64,000 bases of DNA from Felis catus. Lineage: Eukaryota. A model generated the notes under the pieces. That model ran no database searches. It was not told the origin of the DNA and saw only the letters and a list, made by a program, of their open reading frames with translations. The translations under genes were made by a program, and so were the position numbers. The stretch is taken from contig NC_058369.1 in the NCBI RefSeq assembly GCF_018350175.1, forward strand, positions 3,846,001 through 3,910,000, in the 5' to 3' direction. Numbering within the stretch: the stretch's first letter is position 1; each line of letters opens with the position of its first letter. Positions 12,633-23,710 of the stretch are shown here, piece by piece.

Positions 12633-13534
12633 CTGCAACGGAGGGGGTCCGGCCGCGCCGCTCAGGTCGGCAGCGGTCACGGCCGGCTTCCCGCCCGCGC
12701 CGGCCTCCGGCCCCGCCTTCCGCCACCGGCCAACGCCACCCTCCAGCAGCCCCCTCGTCCGGTGCTGCCCTCTCACGAGCCGCCACCCAGAGCTCCTCTG
12801 TCCCCCTCCCGTCCAGCGGGAGCCCCCCCGCCACGCCGTCGCCTTTCGCTTTCATCCTTCACCACCCACGGCTGCCACCCTCGCCGCATCCAGCAATACC
12901 GTCCACTGACTCTCCAGTCCCGCGTCCCGCCAATCCCGTGGGCCCGCCCCGCCCCGCCCCGAGCGCCGCGACCGACAGCTGACAGCTGTTCGGTTGCGTT
13001 CATCAGCCTTCGCCACCCGCTGGCAACGTCTCGACTGACCCGCCCCTTCGTCCCAGGCAATCCCCGCCCCCTCCCACCCCTACCTGCGTGACGCTCCGTC
13101 GCCCCTCCCCACTGCGGTGGGACCGCCCTGTCCCCGCTGCTCGCAGCCCACGGCCCGCACCCTCTGTCACGTCCCCCCCCCCCTGCTTTCAGCGCTGCGA
13201 CACAGAGCTCCACAGACTTGCTGCTTCCAGGGGACACCCCGCTCGCTCCCTCTCGCACGGCCCCTTGGGCCTTGTTCCCTAGGGAGCAGCGCGGCACACG
13301 CTCCACTGTGGGACCCACACGGGACACGGCCCTCTCTTCCCCCTTGTGGTGGTAGCAGTGATCGTTCAGCTCGACGACCCGCTCTTCCTCCTCCCAACCC
13401 CCGATGCTTACGCCTACCCCCGGGCCTTTGCTTCTACCCCCAACTAGGGAAGCCTTCTCCGCCTCACGAGGTGGCGCTGAGCAGAGTCCGGCCCGGGGTT
13501 CCAGGCCCTCCCAGCCACCCCTCCCCATACTCAC

Positions 13535-13660
13535 CCGGGCGTCTGTGACCTTGAACTCCCGCAGGATATACTGAGGCATGTTGTATTCCGCCATCGGATC
13601 CACTACAAAGTACTGGTAGCGGGCGGAGCGCTCGGCAGGCCAGTACTGGTGACATTTTTC
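13535..13660 (-). CDS. PTPRS: PTPRS exon (126 nt), D2: [23 protein letters not shown]...VTDAR
   Basis: CAG acceptor, GTGAGT donor. Confidence 0.96.
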
Positions 13661-13822
13661 CTGTTGAGAAGGCGGCGGTGGTCAGCTCGGGCCCCACCTC
13701 TGCTCCCTGGCCCCACCCTCGCCCCGCCCCCGGCCCCGCCCCAGCCGCGCCCTGGCTCCCGTGGCCCCGCCCCACCAGCGGCCCCGCCCCACCACGTGGC
13801 CCCGCCCCGCCCCCCGGCTCAC

Positions 13823-13949
13823 CCTGCCCATCTCCCGCAGCTTGGTCAGCATCACCACGATGGTGGAGTTGTTCTCCCACAGCGCACGCCAGAAATCCTC
13901 CGTGGTCTCCGCCAGCGGCCCCTGCGTCGCGATGTAGGCCTTCTGCTGC
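13823..13949 (-). CDS. PTPRS: PTPRS exon (127 nt), D2: [21 protein letters not shown]...LREMGR
   Basis: CAG acceptor, GTGAG donor. Confidence 0.96.
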
Positions 13950-14256
13950 CTGCGGTGTGGGGGTGGGGGGCACGTGAGATGCAGTGCCCGCCCCTGCCGC
14001 CTCAGGACCCACCGGTCACTGGGCCGTCTCCCCGTCTGTCTTGTTCGGTCCCCTCCATGAGCCCGTTGCGCACCCAGGGAAACCGTCAGCCTCGGAAGTT
14101 GCATCACCTCCCAGAGGCTGCCGGGCCTCCCCCGACCTCCCCCACCTCGTCAGGTGCCCGTAAACTCCTTCCGGGTGTCTGCACAGGTTGTTTCCTGTCA
14201 CCCTCCAGCCTCTGAACAGGCGGGGACTTCTGCTGCCACACCCCACCCCTGTTGCC

Positions 14257-14429
14257 AGGGTGTCCCAACCTCAGCACTGACATTTGGGGCTGGGTCGTTC
14301 CCCGGGCTGGGCAGCGTGAGGCGTCCAGCAGCATCCCTGGCCTCCACCCACTCCCATTAGGACCAACACGTCCCCAGGCACTGCTCGGTTTTCCCTGGGC
14401 GGCAGAACCGCCCAGGTTGAAAACCAGCA
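14257..14429. mobile_element. MER20-like hAT DNA transposon
   Basis: CAACCTCAGCACTGACATTTGGGG...CAGCAGCATCCCTGGCCTCCACCCACT...GGTTGAAAACCA. Confidence 0.65.
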
Positions 14430-14586
14430 ACGGAAGAGGACGGAGGGAGAACCCTGTTACAGACAGCAGCCATCAGTTAAATACCCAGCTAAAGAGCCCC
14501 TCCCCCTCGGCTGAGCCTGCCCGTGTCCGGCTTCATTTCCCCCGTGAGGCTGGAGGCCCCTTGGGGGCGGGGCGAAGGCGAGGCAC

Positions 14587-14765
14587 CTGTAGCCGTCGAT
14601 GAAGCTGGCGTTGATGTAGTCGGAGCCCTCCACACCACGGATAGGCTGCAGGCAGACCCGTGTGCTCTCATAGGGCATGATGTTCACCAGGCGGTTCTTG
14701 AACTTGTTACAAGGCAGATTGGCACTGATGAAGCGGGATGTGTGGGCTTTGGAGTTGGCCAGCCG
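14587..14765 (-). CDS. PTPRS: PTPRS exon (179 nt), D2: [33 protein letters not shown]...DGYR
   Basis: CAG acceptor, GTGCC donor. Confidence 0.96.
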
Positions 14766-14918
14766 CTGCGGAGACCGGGAGGCCCGGGGTCACTGGCGGG
14801 GCGGCCTCCGGCCCCCGGGGCCGGGCAGGGCTGTGTGTTTGCCCGGCCGGAGCGCGAACGGCAGCCCCGATCCCGATCTCGGCGCCCCCCGCCGCCCCCG
14901 CCGGGGACGCCTCCCAAC

Positions 14919-15204
14919 CTTGAACTCGAGCTCCATGCCGGTGACGTGCTCGCCGGGCTCCACCTGCGCCAGCTTCTGGATGTAGGCGTAGAGGCTGCGG
15001 GCGGGCACCTCCGTGTTGCCGCAGCCCACGGCCTCCAGCAGGGCCTCGTGGATGAAGCTGTACTGGTCCTCGGTCTGCACCATATAGTTGCGCTGGGACC
15101 GCATGAGGGTCACGTGGCCGTACACGTCCACCGTCTTCTCCGGCTTGATCCGCTCCAGCATGGCGTCGATGACGATGAAACAGCCCGTGCGACCCACGCC
15201 GGCG
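14919..15204 (-). CDS. PTPRS: PTPRS exon (286 nt), D1 AGVGRTG / Q-loop to linker ...GMELEFK
   Basis: CAG acceptor, GTTGG donor. Confidence 0.96.
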
Positions 15205-15280
15205 CTGCGGGGACACGCATCGCGGTCAGGGGCCCCCCGAGGGAGGGCCGGGGGCGGGGGCGGGGGGCGGGCAGGGGTAC

Positions 15281-15435
15281 CTGCAGTGCACGACCACGGG
15301 GCCCGCGTCTGGCGGGTTGCAGGCCTTCACCCTCCGCAGGAAAGCCAGGAATGGCGTCGGGTACTCGGGCACCCCGTGGTCTGGCCACGCCGTGAACTGG
15401 AACTGCCGCACCTCGCGCTTCTCGCTGGAGCCGTT
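15281..15435 (-). CDS. PTPRS: PTPRS exon (155 nt), D1 WPD loop to VVHCS
   Basis: CAG acceptor, GTACC donor; AWPDHGVP and the catalytic HC present. Confidence 0.96.
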
Positions 15436-16270
15436 CTGGGGGCCACGGAGACACTGCCTGTCACCGCGGCCCACGACGCACGTGCAGAGGAGGTCAGCTT
15501 CGCGCCCCGCCTCTCTCCCCAAACCCACCCCCGGATCTCGGCCGGGGGCAGCTCCCTCCTCCCAGGTGTTCTGGCCAGAACTCAGAGGAGTGGCCCTTGA
15601 CCCAGTGGCCCCCCCCCCCGCCGCCGCATCCAACACACGAGCCCAGACTGGTGGCTCTGCCTCCGTCTATACTCCCTGGTCCAGTCCCCTCTACCCTGGT
15701 CCCGCCGCTCCAATCCTCACCGCCCTAGTCTGTCCTCCCCGTAGTAGCCCCCAGAGAGCACTTGTGAGCACCTGAATCAGGTTGGCCCTCCTCTGCCCAC
15801 CACCCTCCAGGGCTCCCATCCACCTTGGGGTAAGAGACCAAGTCCTCCCCAAGGCTCTGTATTCTCTGCCGGGTCCCCTCCCTGCCCTCCCCTCCTCGGT
15901 CACTCTGCCACAGCCATGATATAAGGCCTTCTCACTGGTTCTTCATCATGCCAGGCATGATCCTGCCCCAGGACCTTTGCACAGGCTGAGCCTCTGCCAG
16001 GAATGCGGTTTTCCCAGATCTCATGGCTCCCTTCCTCACCATCTCCAGGTCTCCCGACAGATACTTTATTTTTCTCCTTCTACGTGTTAAGATTTCTTAC
16101 TTGACATATTTATTGTCGGTGCCTGGTCAACTAGACTTAAGCTCTGAAAGAGCAAGAGAGTTGGTCTGTCTTGGTCCTTGCAGCGTCTCAGCACCCAAAT
16201 CAAGCCCTGACATACCACGTGTGCTTAGTTTTGACAGAAGACCTGGCTGGAGTCTGGGGAACATTGGGGT

Positions 16271-16350
16271 ACCAGTAGCACCTCCGCTCCCCATAATAAC
16301 AATTAAAAAATGCCCTCCAGATGGCAAATTGTCCCAATTGAGAACAAATG
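16271..16350. mobile_element. MER20-like terminal fragment
   Basis: CCAGTAGCACC...AAAAAATGCCCTCCAGA..GGCAAA...TTGAGAACAAATG. Confidence 0.55.
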
Positions 16351-16771
16351 ATATAGAGAGACACATGGAACCGTGTAACGGACAGCAGCCATCAGTTAAA
16401 TACACGTCTAAAGATTCCCTCTGCCCCAGTCCTGACTACCCCAGCTGGCAGGGACTTTCTAGCTTTGTTTTCCACCCATCACAGGCCTAGACTGCGCGAG
16501 GCCAGAGGGCAAGGAGACAACAGGTTCATTGCTAAGTTGGGTTCTGCTGGTTTTGTCCTTCTGGTGTGGCTGGAGAGGAGAGGTGCCCTCCTCTGAGCCT
16601 CAGTTTCCCCATCTACGAAGCGGGCTACAAGACCATGTGGTCAGCCTGGGCCGACATGCCTGGTTTTCTGTGTCTCTCGGGGAGCTCCCAGGGCAGAAGC
16701 TGGGGCCTCCAGCCTTCCTCTTCCGCCCCCATCACCCCCTCCCACAGCTCCAGCCCCAGCCCGGGTCCTAC

Positions 16772-16891
16772 CTTGTGCAAAGAGAAGGTCCGAACACAGA
16801 ACGTGGCCAGCTCGATGGTGTCGAGCAGCGTGACCTGGATGAAGCCATACGTCTCCGTGCCCCGGTTGGGCCAGTACTGATCACACTTGAT
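16772..16891 (-). CDS. PTPRS: PTPRS exon (120 nt), D1: [16 protein letters not shown]...TFSLHK
   Basis: CAG acceptor, GTAGG donor. Confidence 0.96.
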
Positions 16892-16969
16892 CTGTGGAAG
16901 GCAAGAGAACGGAGGTGAGCACGGGCGGGGGTTGGCCGGGGGCTCGGGGGCCGCAGGGTCCAGCCTCAC

Positions 16970-17145
16970 CCGTGATTTCTCCTCTAGCCGCGTCATCATG
17001 ACGATGGTGGCTGAGCGCTGTTCCCACACCATGCGCCAGAAGTCGCCGAAGGTCTCGGGCAGCGGCCCCTGTGTGGCAATGTACGCGTTCTGCCTCCGGT
17101 AGCCGTCCACATAGTTGGCATTGATGTAATCGCTACCCACAATGC
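16970..17145 (-). CDS. PTPRS: PTPRS exon (176 nt), D1: [16 protein letters not shown]...TRLEEKSR
   Basis: TAG acceptor, GTGAG donor. Confidence 0.96.
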
Positions 17146-17283
17146 CTACAGCCCGGGGAGAAGCCAGAGATCAACAGGGGTGCTGTCGTCTCCTACGCTG
17201 GTTCTCTCTGGCCCACCGCTTCCTGGAAGTCCTCCTAGACTGCCCCAAGCTCTCCCCAAAGAAACCACGGAGCATGAATTTTG

Positions 17284-17448
17284 TGGTTTCTCCACCTGAG
17301 CACTACAACCTCTGGGGGCCAGCTTTCTCTGTGGCGGGGCTGTTCTGTGCATCGCAGGGTCTGAGCGGCGTCTCTGGTGCACCCTCGAAACGCTCCTAGC
17401 TCCCTCTCCCCCAGCACGTGAATGCTTCCTGGGCATTGAGAACAACTG
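17284..17448. mobile_element. MER20-like hAT DNA transposon
   Basis: GGTTTCTCCACCTGAGCACTA...GGGGCTGTTCTGTGCAT...TTGAGAACAACTG. Confidence 0.55.
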
Positions 17449-17629
17449 ACACAGAGGGACGCGTGGAAACAGATTACGGACAGCAGCCATCAGTTAAGTA
17501 CGTATCTAAAATACCCCAGTGGCTTCTGGCTGGGGCCATGACCAGAATCAGGCTTCAGCTTCCCCCTCCGTGTCCTGGCTCGTCCACACTTCAGAACAGG
17601 CAAGGGCGGGATGGGGCCCAGGCCGCTAC

Positions 17630-17753
17630 CTTCGATGGGCTGGAGGATGACGCGGGAGTGGTCGTATGCGATGACGTTGGCGTAGCGGTTCTTGGGCTTG
17701 TTCACCTCCAGGTTGGAATGTTCCCACGTGAACTGCTGGCCTGGATCAATGGA
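17630..17753 (-). CDS. PTPRS: PTPRS exon (124 nt), D1 KNRY motif: [41 protein letters not shown]
   Basis: CAG acceptor, GTAGC donor. Confidence 0.96.
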
Positions 17754-17839
17754 CTGCAGGGGAAGGGGAGGTGGGGGGCGTCAGGATGGGCGCTGGGGGG
17801 GTGGGGGGTCGGGGGGGGCAGGAGGCGGGGCTAGCTCAC

Positions 17840-17937
17840 CTCATACTCCTGGGAGAGCTTGAGGCTGTCGTTGGCCTTGAGGCGGTCCGTGTGCTCCGCC
17901 ATGTCCGCGATGGGGATCGGGGGGTGGCTAAGCATGC
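17840..17937 (-). CDS. PTPRS: PTPRS exon (98 nt), D1 wedge region: [32 protein letters not shown]
   Basis: CAG acceptor, GTGAG donor. Confidence 0.95.
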
Positions 17938-18452
17938 CTGGGGGGAGAGCAGACCCCGTGGTGCGGGCCGGTCACTTGGGAGCCAGCCTGGGGGGCGGGG
18001 GGCGGGGGGCTCTACGGTGTGAGTCTGCAATGGACGAGCCGCGGTTAGAGGGAGTGGCGGGGGAGGGGAGGGCTCAGGTCGGCCTGCGCTGGGGCCAGGA
18101 CCCCCGGCCCGTGGGTCTGTCTGCAGGTGGAGTGTTCGAGGAGCAGCTCCAGCCGAGTCTGACAACCCCGGCTGACGACGTCCACCCATCTTAGTGATCC
18201 CAACCCAGCTGGGGACGCAGGGGCTGGGGAAGGGTCGCCCTGGAGGACCTCAAGCTCCCGGAGCCTCGTGGCAAGAAGTGGGCAAGTGACACAGAAATGG
18301 AAGAAGCCGACGGGGCTGGCCAGGCCTTTGGAGACACTGTTCCCCAGGGCAGGGGCCAGAGACGCCACCCCTTTCTGGGATCAGATCCTTCTGGGATCAG
18401 AAGGACTACAACGTCTTCTGCCGGGCAGAGCTGGGGAACTGGGGAGCAGGGG

Positions 18453-18455
<3 letters not shown>

Positions 18456-18492
<37 letters not shown>
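18456..18492. repeat. (TG)n microsatellite
   Basis: Visible directly. Confidence 0.95.
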
Positions 18493-18496
<4 letters not shown>

Positions 18497-19025
18497 CTCG
18501 GGGGTCCCCGTCTGTCTGCGCAGCTGCTTGGAGCAGGTGCGGTGAGCCCCTGACCTCCGGGGGCTCGTTCCCTCATCTGGCACATGGAATGGTGACCCTT
18601 CGGCGGGAGGGGTTGCTGGAGGGAACGGGGCGGGGGCCTGGCTCTTTCTCCCCAGTGTCTGCGTCTGCACGACCCCTCTCCCCTCCCGGGGCCCGGCAGG
18701 CCGAGCTACAGGCCGGGCTACAGGCCGGGACAGACGTAAAGGACTGCCAGGCGGGCTTACGTACAGCTGCTGCCCTGGGCGCTCCCCAAGAGCCCTTATC
18801 TAAGGAGCGAGGGCTGTTTGCCCAGTGGGTCCCCCTGCCTGTCACGCCGGAGGACCCCCCCACCCCCACAGACACACAGTCACAACCAGCAACCTACGGG
18901 CCCAACGGACCAGACCCCCAACTCCCTTGAGAAGCCAGCACAGGACAGGTGGACAGAGATGAAAACAAACGGGGGTGTGGGGGTGCGCGAAAGGAAGCTG
19001 AGAACAGAGAGACACAGGAACTAAC

Positions 19026-19073
19026 TTTCAAAGTGAAACCCCGGCTCCCTGAGGGGGCTGCTGAGGCCTGAAT
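19026..19073 (-). CDS. PTPRS: PTPRS 48-nt cassette exon (DSGLSSPLREPGFHFE)
   Basis: tttctgcag|ATTCAGGC...TTTGAAA|gttagt; phase 1-1, frame-preserving. Confidence 0.88.
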
Positions 19074-20482
19074 CTGCAGAAACAGCAAACAATAAATAAA
19101 TGAAAACACGCAGGGGCCCCGCCTCCCCCCATCCCCCGCTGGACGCACGCACAATGGCCAGCCAACAGACGCAAAGGGCAGAGCAAACTGAAAGGACGAG
19201 GGACGCACGCTGCCCGGGCCCCGATCCGAGAACCTGCAGCAGCTGCCGTGTACCCCCTCTGACTGGACTTCAGCCGGTCCTGGCTCTTAGCCGTGACTTC
19301 GGGAAGATTCTGAGGCCCTAGGCTCTTTTGACGCATCCCCCCAGACCAACCCGGCCTTGGCGCCCGTTAGGGTCAGCAGAGACTTTAGATGAGTGGCAGG
19401 ATGGTGAGGGAGGAGCTTGGGGGCAGGCGAAGGACATATGGGCCCATGCCGTGAGCTTTAAGAACAGCAACCGTCAGTTAAATATGTGTGTTAAAAATTA
19501 ACATCTGGAGGGAAACGGAAAAAACCGATGTAACCCAGTCCAGACACAGAAGAAAAGTGGTACGTGAGAGGTGCCGCAGGAGACCCTCCACGATCCCTTA
19601 TGGAGGACTGCAGCCATCAGTTACGCTTTGTCTTAGCCAAAGGGCTGAGCAGTGACTGCAGCCATCAGTTAAATACAGATGTTTAGAATCTCCTTTTGGT
19701 CGGAAACAGTTAATACGAGACGGGAGGCCGACAGGAAGCAGAGACTGGGTGAGTGTAGATGGTGGTTGTAATCGTGCTGTGAGCCCAGCAGGAGAATAGC
19801 AGCCATCGGTTAAATTAAAAACCCCTTACGTGGTGAGCAGCAGCCGGCATGAGCCCAGTAAGAGGGAAAAGATGAGAAAGTATGTGGGTCACTGCACGTA
19901 AAGACGATCGAGGACAAGACCCTGGTTGGTTCAGTCTCCCCGAGGCACGGCAGGCGACTTTAGCTCGCTCCCGCGACTCTACAGGGAACCGTCAGGAGGC
20001 GGGGCCGCACACAGGAGCCAGGCAGGGCGGGGGGGGGGGGGGGGGGGCACCATCGCTGTATCTCGCCACGGGGACATCCCACGGGAGGATGGGAAAAGGC
20101 CACGGGAAAACCCGAACACCCACCACCGAGGGGCCCGGAGACCGGAAGTGGGGACGGAAGCATGGCCCTTTCTGCCAGGAGAAACGAGGGGGTTTTGGTC
20201 GGTTTGAGTTTTAGGTGTCCTTTCTGCTCCCAGGGACGACCCCGACCACCAACTGAAGGCAGCGTTTTGTTTTTAAAAGCCTCACTCGGCTGTAACAGGA
20301 ACCGCTCTGTGGAATCTCCAAGCTGAGGTCCACGCGGGAAGGTGGGCAGCGGGCGCTTAACTGCGCCGGAGGGCGCAGCAGGGGCAGAGGAGGGGCCGCC
20401 GAGCGCCAAGGCGGCTGCTTCCTCCTCCGCTCGGCTACGGCCCCTGGCGGTGAGGATCCTGGCGCCTGCGGGAGGCACGTAC

Positions 20483-20595
20483 CTGGGGTCTGGAAGTTAA
20501 TGCGTCTCATCTCCACGGGGTCCTTGGGGTGGTGGGGGGCGAGGTCAGCGTTGTTCAGTAGGCATTTGGTGCGGGGCTCTGAGTCCTTGCGTTTA
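20483..20595 (-). CDS. PTPRS: PTPRS exon (113 nt), juxtamembrane: KRKDSEPRTKCLLNNADLAPHHPKDPVEMRRINFQTP
   Basis: AAG acceptor, GTACGT donor. Confidence 0.94.
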
Positions 20596-20866
20596 CTTCG
20601 AGGGGGCAAGCAGAGGAGCCCGTGAGCGTGCCAGCGTGTGCCCAGCGTGCCCAGAGACGCACACGTACGCATGTGAGCACAGGCGCCGCAAACGAGCGAC
20701 CCAGCCGGGAGGAAAGGGACCGTGCACACGTGGGACTGGGGTTCCCGGGACCGCGCGCAGCCTGCCGGCACAGCCGAGGGTCCCCTCGCCCCGCGGGCAC
20801 GGTGCCACCCCGTTCCTCCTCCTCAGCTCTTGCCCTACGTCTCCTAAGGATGGGGCCAACCCTTAC

Positions 20867-20878
20867 CTGTCAGGTTTG
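20867..20878 (-). CDS. PTPRS: PTPRS microexon meD (12 nt; KPDS)
   Basis: gagcag|CAAACCTGACAG|gtaagg; phase 2-2. Confidence 0.9.
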
Positions 20879-21383
20879 CTGCTCCCGAAAGCACACGCGG
20901 GTGAGGAGGAGGGAAAAAGAAGACAGGTGAGGCCATGCTGGCCAAAAAGGGCCTGTTGGGGGACGCTGGGTGGCTTGCTTAACCCCTCAGAGCCTTGGTC
21001 TCCTCCGGAAAACGGGGCTAATGCTTCCTGCTCGGGTCCCCGCCACAAAAAGGAACGTCCCAGCCTTCCCTTCCCAAGCGGAGACGTGTCCTGTGTGGCC
21101 ACTACACTCACTGTCCTTGTGAGACGAGGCAGAGGCGGCCTCCGCCCCAAATCGTCCCGCTGAGCGGAGCGTGGACCTTAAGAGGAACCGAATCACGAGC
21201 CCGCTGTGAACCCCGGCCCTTCCCCAGGCTGTGTGACTTTCACCAGGTGGCTTAACCTCTCTGGGCCGGAGTCTTCTCGTTTCTGTTCCTTCTACGAGAG
21301 CACCCTTCCCTGGACCTTCCGGACCCTGCTTCCTCTTCCAGGAAGCCCTCCCTCCTATCAAGCGGGGAGTGCGAGGGGCTCAC

Positions 21384-21541
21384 TTCTTGTAGAGCAAGAT
21401 GGCGATAACAATGCAGATGATGAAGACCACAGCCAACACGGGCCCAATCACCCAGATGAGGCCCTCCTCGCCGTCCACGATGGGCTGGGGGTCCGGGTTA
21501 TCCAGCTGGAAGGGATCTGAGAAGGGGCTGGCCGCAAACGT
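21384..21541 (-). CDS. PTPRS: PTPRS transmembrane exon (158 nt): [14 protein letters not shown]...[27 protein letters not shown]
   Basis: CAG acceptor, GTGAG donor; hydrophobic helix. Confidence 0.96.
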
Positions 21542-21890
21542 CTGCAGGAACAGGGCGCGAGGGGCCCCCGTCAGTGCCCGTCCCGTGCCTCGTGGCCAGG
21601 TGGGTCGTCCTCAAACACAAACCTGTCTCCCTCCCCTACTCTAAAGCCTCTGATGGCTCCCCAGGACCCCTGACCCCGGGGACACCCCCCCCCCCCCCCC
21701 CGCCACGGCCTGGCCCTTGCCAATCTTTGCTCTCTCCCCTTCCCCCCTGCTCTGCTTCAGCCCGGATCGCAGAAGGCCGGGAGGATGGGGGTCTGGCTCG
21801 GAGGCCAGCGCCCTGGGGGCCGAGGTCACTTCGGGGCCCGCCCGCTCAGAGGGCGAGGCCGGACGCAGGCAGGCACCACTCGGGACTCAC

Positions 21891-22106
21891 CGGCTCGCTC
21901 TTCTGTAGCACCGCGAGCACGAAGAGGACGTATCGGTGACCGGGCTCCAGGCCCCTGTTGTCAAAGCCGCCGTACTGCTTCTGGTCGCCCGGGTGGAAGG
22001 TGGGTGGCAGCACCGAGAAGCGGGCCGCGATGTAGGGGCGGGGCGCCTCCAGCTGGCGTGAGTGCCGCAGGCTGCGCCTCTGCAGCCGTGAGATGTCCTG
22101 GATGAG
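21891..22106 (-). CDS. PTPRS: PTPRS exon (216 nt), membrane-proximal region with the basic RLQRRSLRHSR stretch (likely E/P-subunit processing region)
   Basis: CAG acceptor, GTGAG donor; lies within ORF 21846..22160. Confidence 0.95.
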
Positions 22107-22197
22107 CTGCAGGAACAGAGGTGCGGGTGGCTCAGAGCCCGGCCGGCAGCGCCTGGGCACGCAAGAGGCAGGACGGGCCTGGGCCCCGGGCCCTCAC

Positions 22198-22291
22198 CTC
22201 CTCCAGATCCATGTCTTCCGGGCTACCCAGAGGGGCCAGGAACTGGCCACCGCGAGACTTACGCAACGGCACCATCACAATGAAGTAATTC
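22198..22291 (-). CDS. PTPRS: PTPRS exon (94 nt): NYFIVMVPLRKSRGGQFLAPLGSPEDMDLEE
   Basis: CAG acceptor, GTGAG donor; frame continuous with neighbours. Confidence 0.94.
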
Positions 22292-22714
22292 CTGTCGGGA
22301 GAAGGAGGATCGGGGGTGCGTCCAAGGGATGCCTTGGTTGGAGGTGGATGGGGGAGCCCCTGCTCTCTGCGTCTTCCCTCCTGCTACTCCCCTGTAGCCC
22401 CAGCCATACAGGACTAGGTCCTGACTCAAGCCTCCAGGCTTCTGAAGGGGTGGTTCCTTCTGCCTCGAAAGCCTATTCCGGTTCTATTTCTTGAACTCCT
22501 ACACATCCTTCAAAGCCCCAGCTTCCATACCCACAACGTCCCCGTAGTCCTTAACTCTCCTCTGCTTCCCAAGCAGAGCTCTCCTCTCCCCGTTGGGAAA
22601 CCCTCAACCCTGGGTGGATCTCATTCCTGGTATCCAGCGCCTGGCCCCGGTCACAAAGCTGGCTCATGGGGGTGGGAGGAATCTTTCGGGGCACTGGGGT
22701 GGTTTGGATCATAC

Positions 22715-22968
22715 TGGACAGGCACGGGGCTCTGGCCGTCGGGCAGATACACCATGATGAAGCCGTCAGAGTCGGGCTTGGGGGCCACGCTGGGCTTGGC
22801 ACTGAGCAGGTTGAAGGCGGTCCAGGCAGTGACTGTCTGCTGAAGGCCACCCAGGCTGCTGCCTCGGTTGGTCAACACAAAGTTGTAGAAGGTGTTGGGC
22901 TTGAGGTGCGTGATGAGCTTTTTGGTGGTACGGCCATCCACGTCCAGTGTGAGCCCGTTGTATTGGAT
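22715..22968 (-). CDS. PTPRS: PTPRS exon (254 nt): IQYNGLTLDVDGRTTKKL...DGQSPVPVQ
   Basis: CAG acceptor, GTATGA donor. Confidence 0.95.
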
Positions 22969-22999
22969 CTGTGGGCCAAGGCTAGCTCAGCGGGGGCCT

Positions 23000-23560
23000 A
23001 GGGTGAGCCCCTGACCCTGGCTGAGCCTTGACCCCAGACTGAGCCATAATCCCAGCTGCACCTCAACTCTGAGCACTGATCCCAGAAGAAGCCTCGACCC
23101 CGGACTGAACCCTGACCCTAGACAGACCCTCAATCCCAACGGAGTCCCAGCCCTGACCGAGCCCTAATCCCAATCCTGTCTGAACCTCGACCCCAGGCTA
23201 AAACTCAATGCTAGACAGATCGTCAATCCCAGCTGAGCCCTGACCCCAGACTGAGCCTCAATCCTAGCAGAGTCCCAACCCTTGTTAACCCGTAACCTCA
23301 GATTGAGCCTAATCCCAGACTGAGCCTCAATCCCTCAATGCCAGCTGAGCCCTGACCCCAGTTCCCATCCCAAGTTAAGTGCTGACCACAGACCGAGTCT
23401 CAATGCCAGCTGAGCCCTGATCCCAAGATGAGCCCAGCTCCTGAGCCTCAATCCTCGCACTCGCCTGATCTCACTCAGCCCCGAGTCCAGCTGAATCCCC
23501 AGCCTGGTCCAAGCCGCGACTCAAGACCGACGGCCAACCCTGGCCAAGCCCCAGCCCCTA
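23000..23560. repeat. Degenerate ~18-bp minisatellite (GAGCCCTGACCCCAGACT-like)
   Basis: Repeated gagcc(c/t)(t/c)(g/a)a(c/t)ccca units fill most of intron 22969-23612. Confidence 0.75.
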
Positions 23561-23612
23561 GCCTGGGCCGCCTGTTGCCTGTGGGGGCTGGGGGGGGGGC
23601 GGGGGTGAGCAC

Positions 23613-23710
23613 CTTGTAAGGTGTGGGTGAGTTATAGTTGTCAGGAAACTCCCAGCTGAGCAGGACCGAGGTCTTCATGATCATCTTCACCTTGAAGTTC
23701 TTGGGCGAGA
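23613..23710 (-). CDS. PTPRS: PTPRS exon (98 nt), FNIII-8 start: VSPKNFKVKMIMKTSVLLSWEFPDNYNSPTPYK
   Basis: CAG acceptor, GTGCT donor. Confidence 0.95.

Noticed and set aside
12147..14765. D2 domain with WPE and KNRL substitutions as a loss-of-function change
   Set aside because: This is the normal pseudophosphatase signature of LAR-family D2 domains.
14464..17501. Repeated intronic motif as a box C/D snoRNA family (CUGAUGG on the transcript)
   Set aside because: No canonical RUGAUGA with a properly spaced CUGA and terminal stem could be seen.
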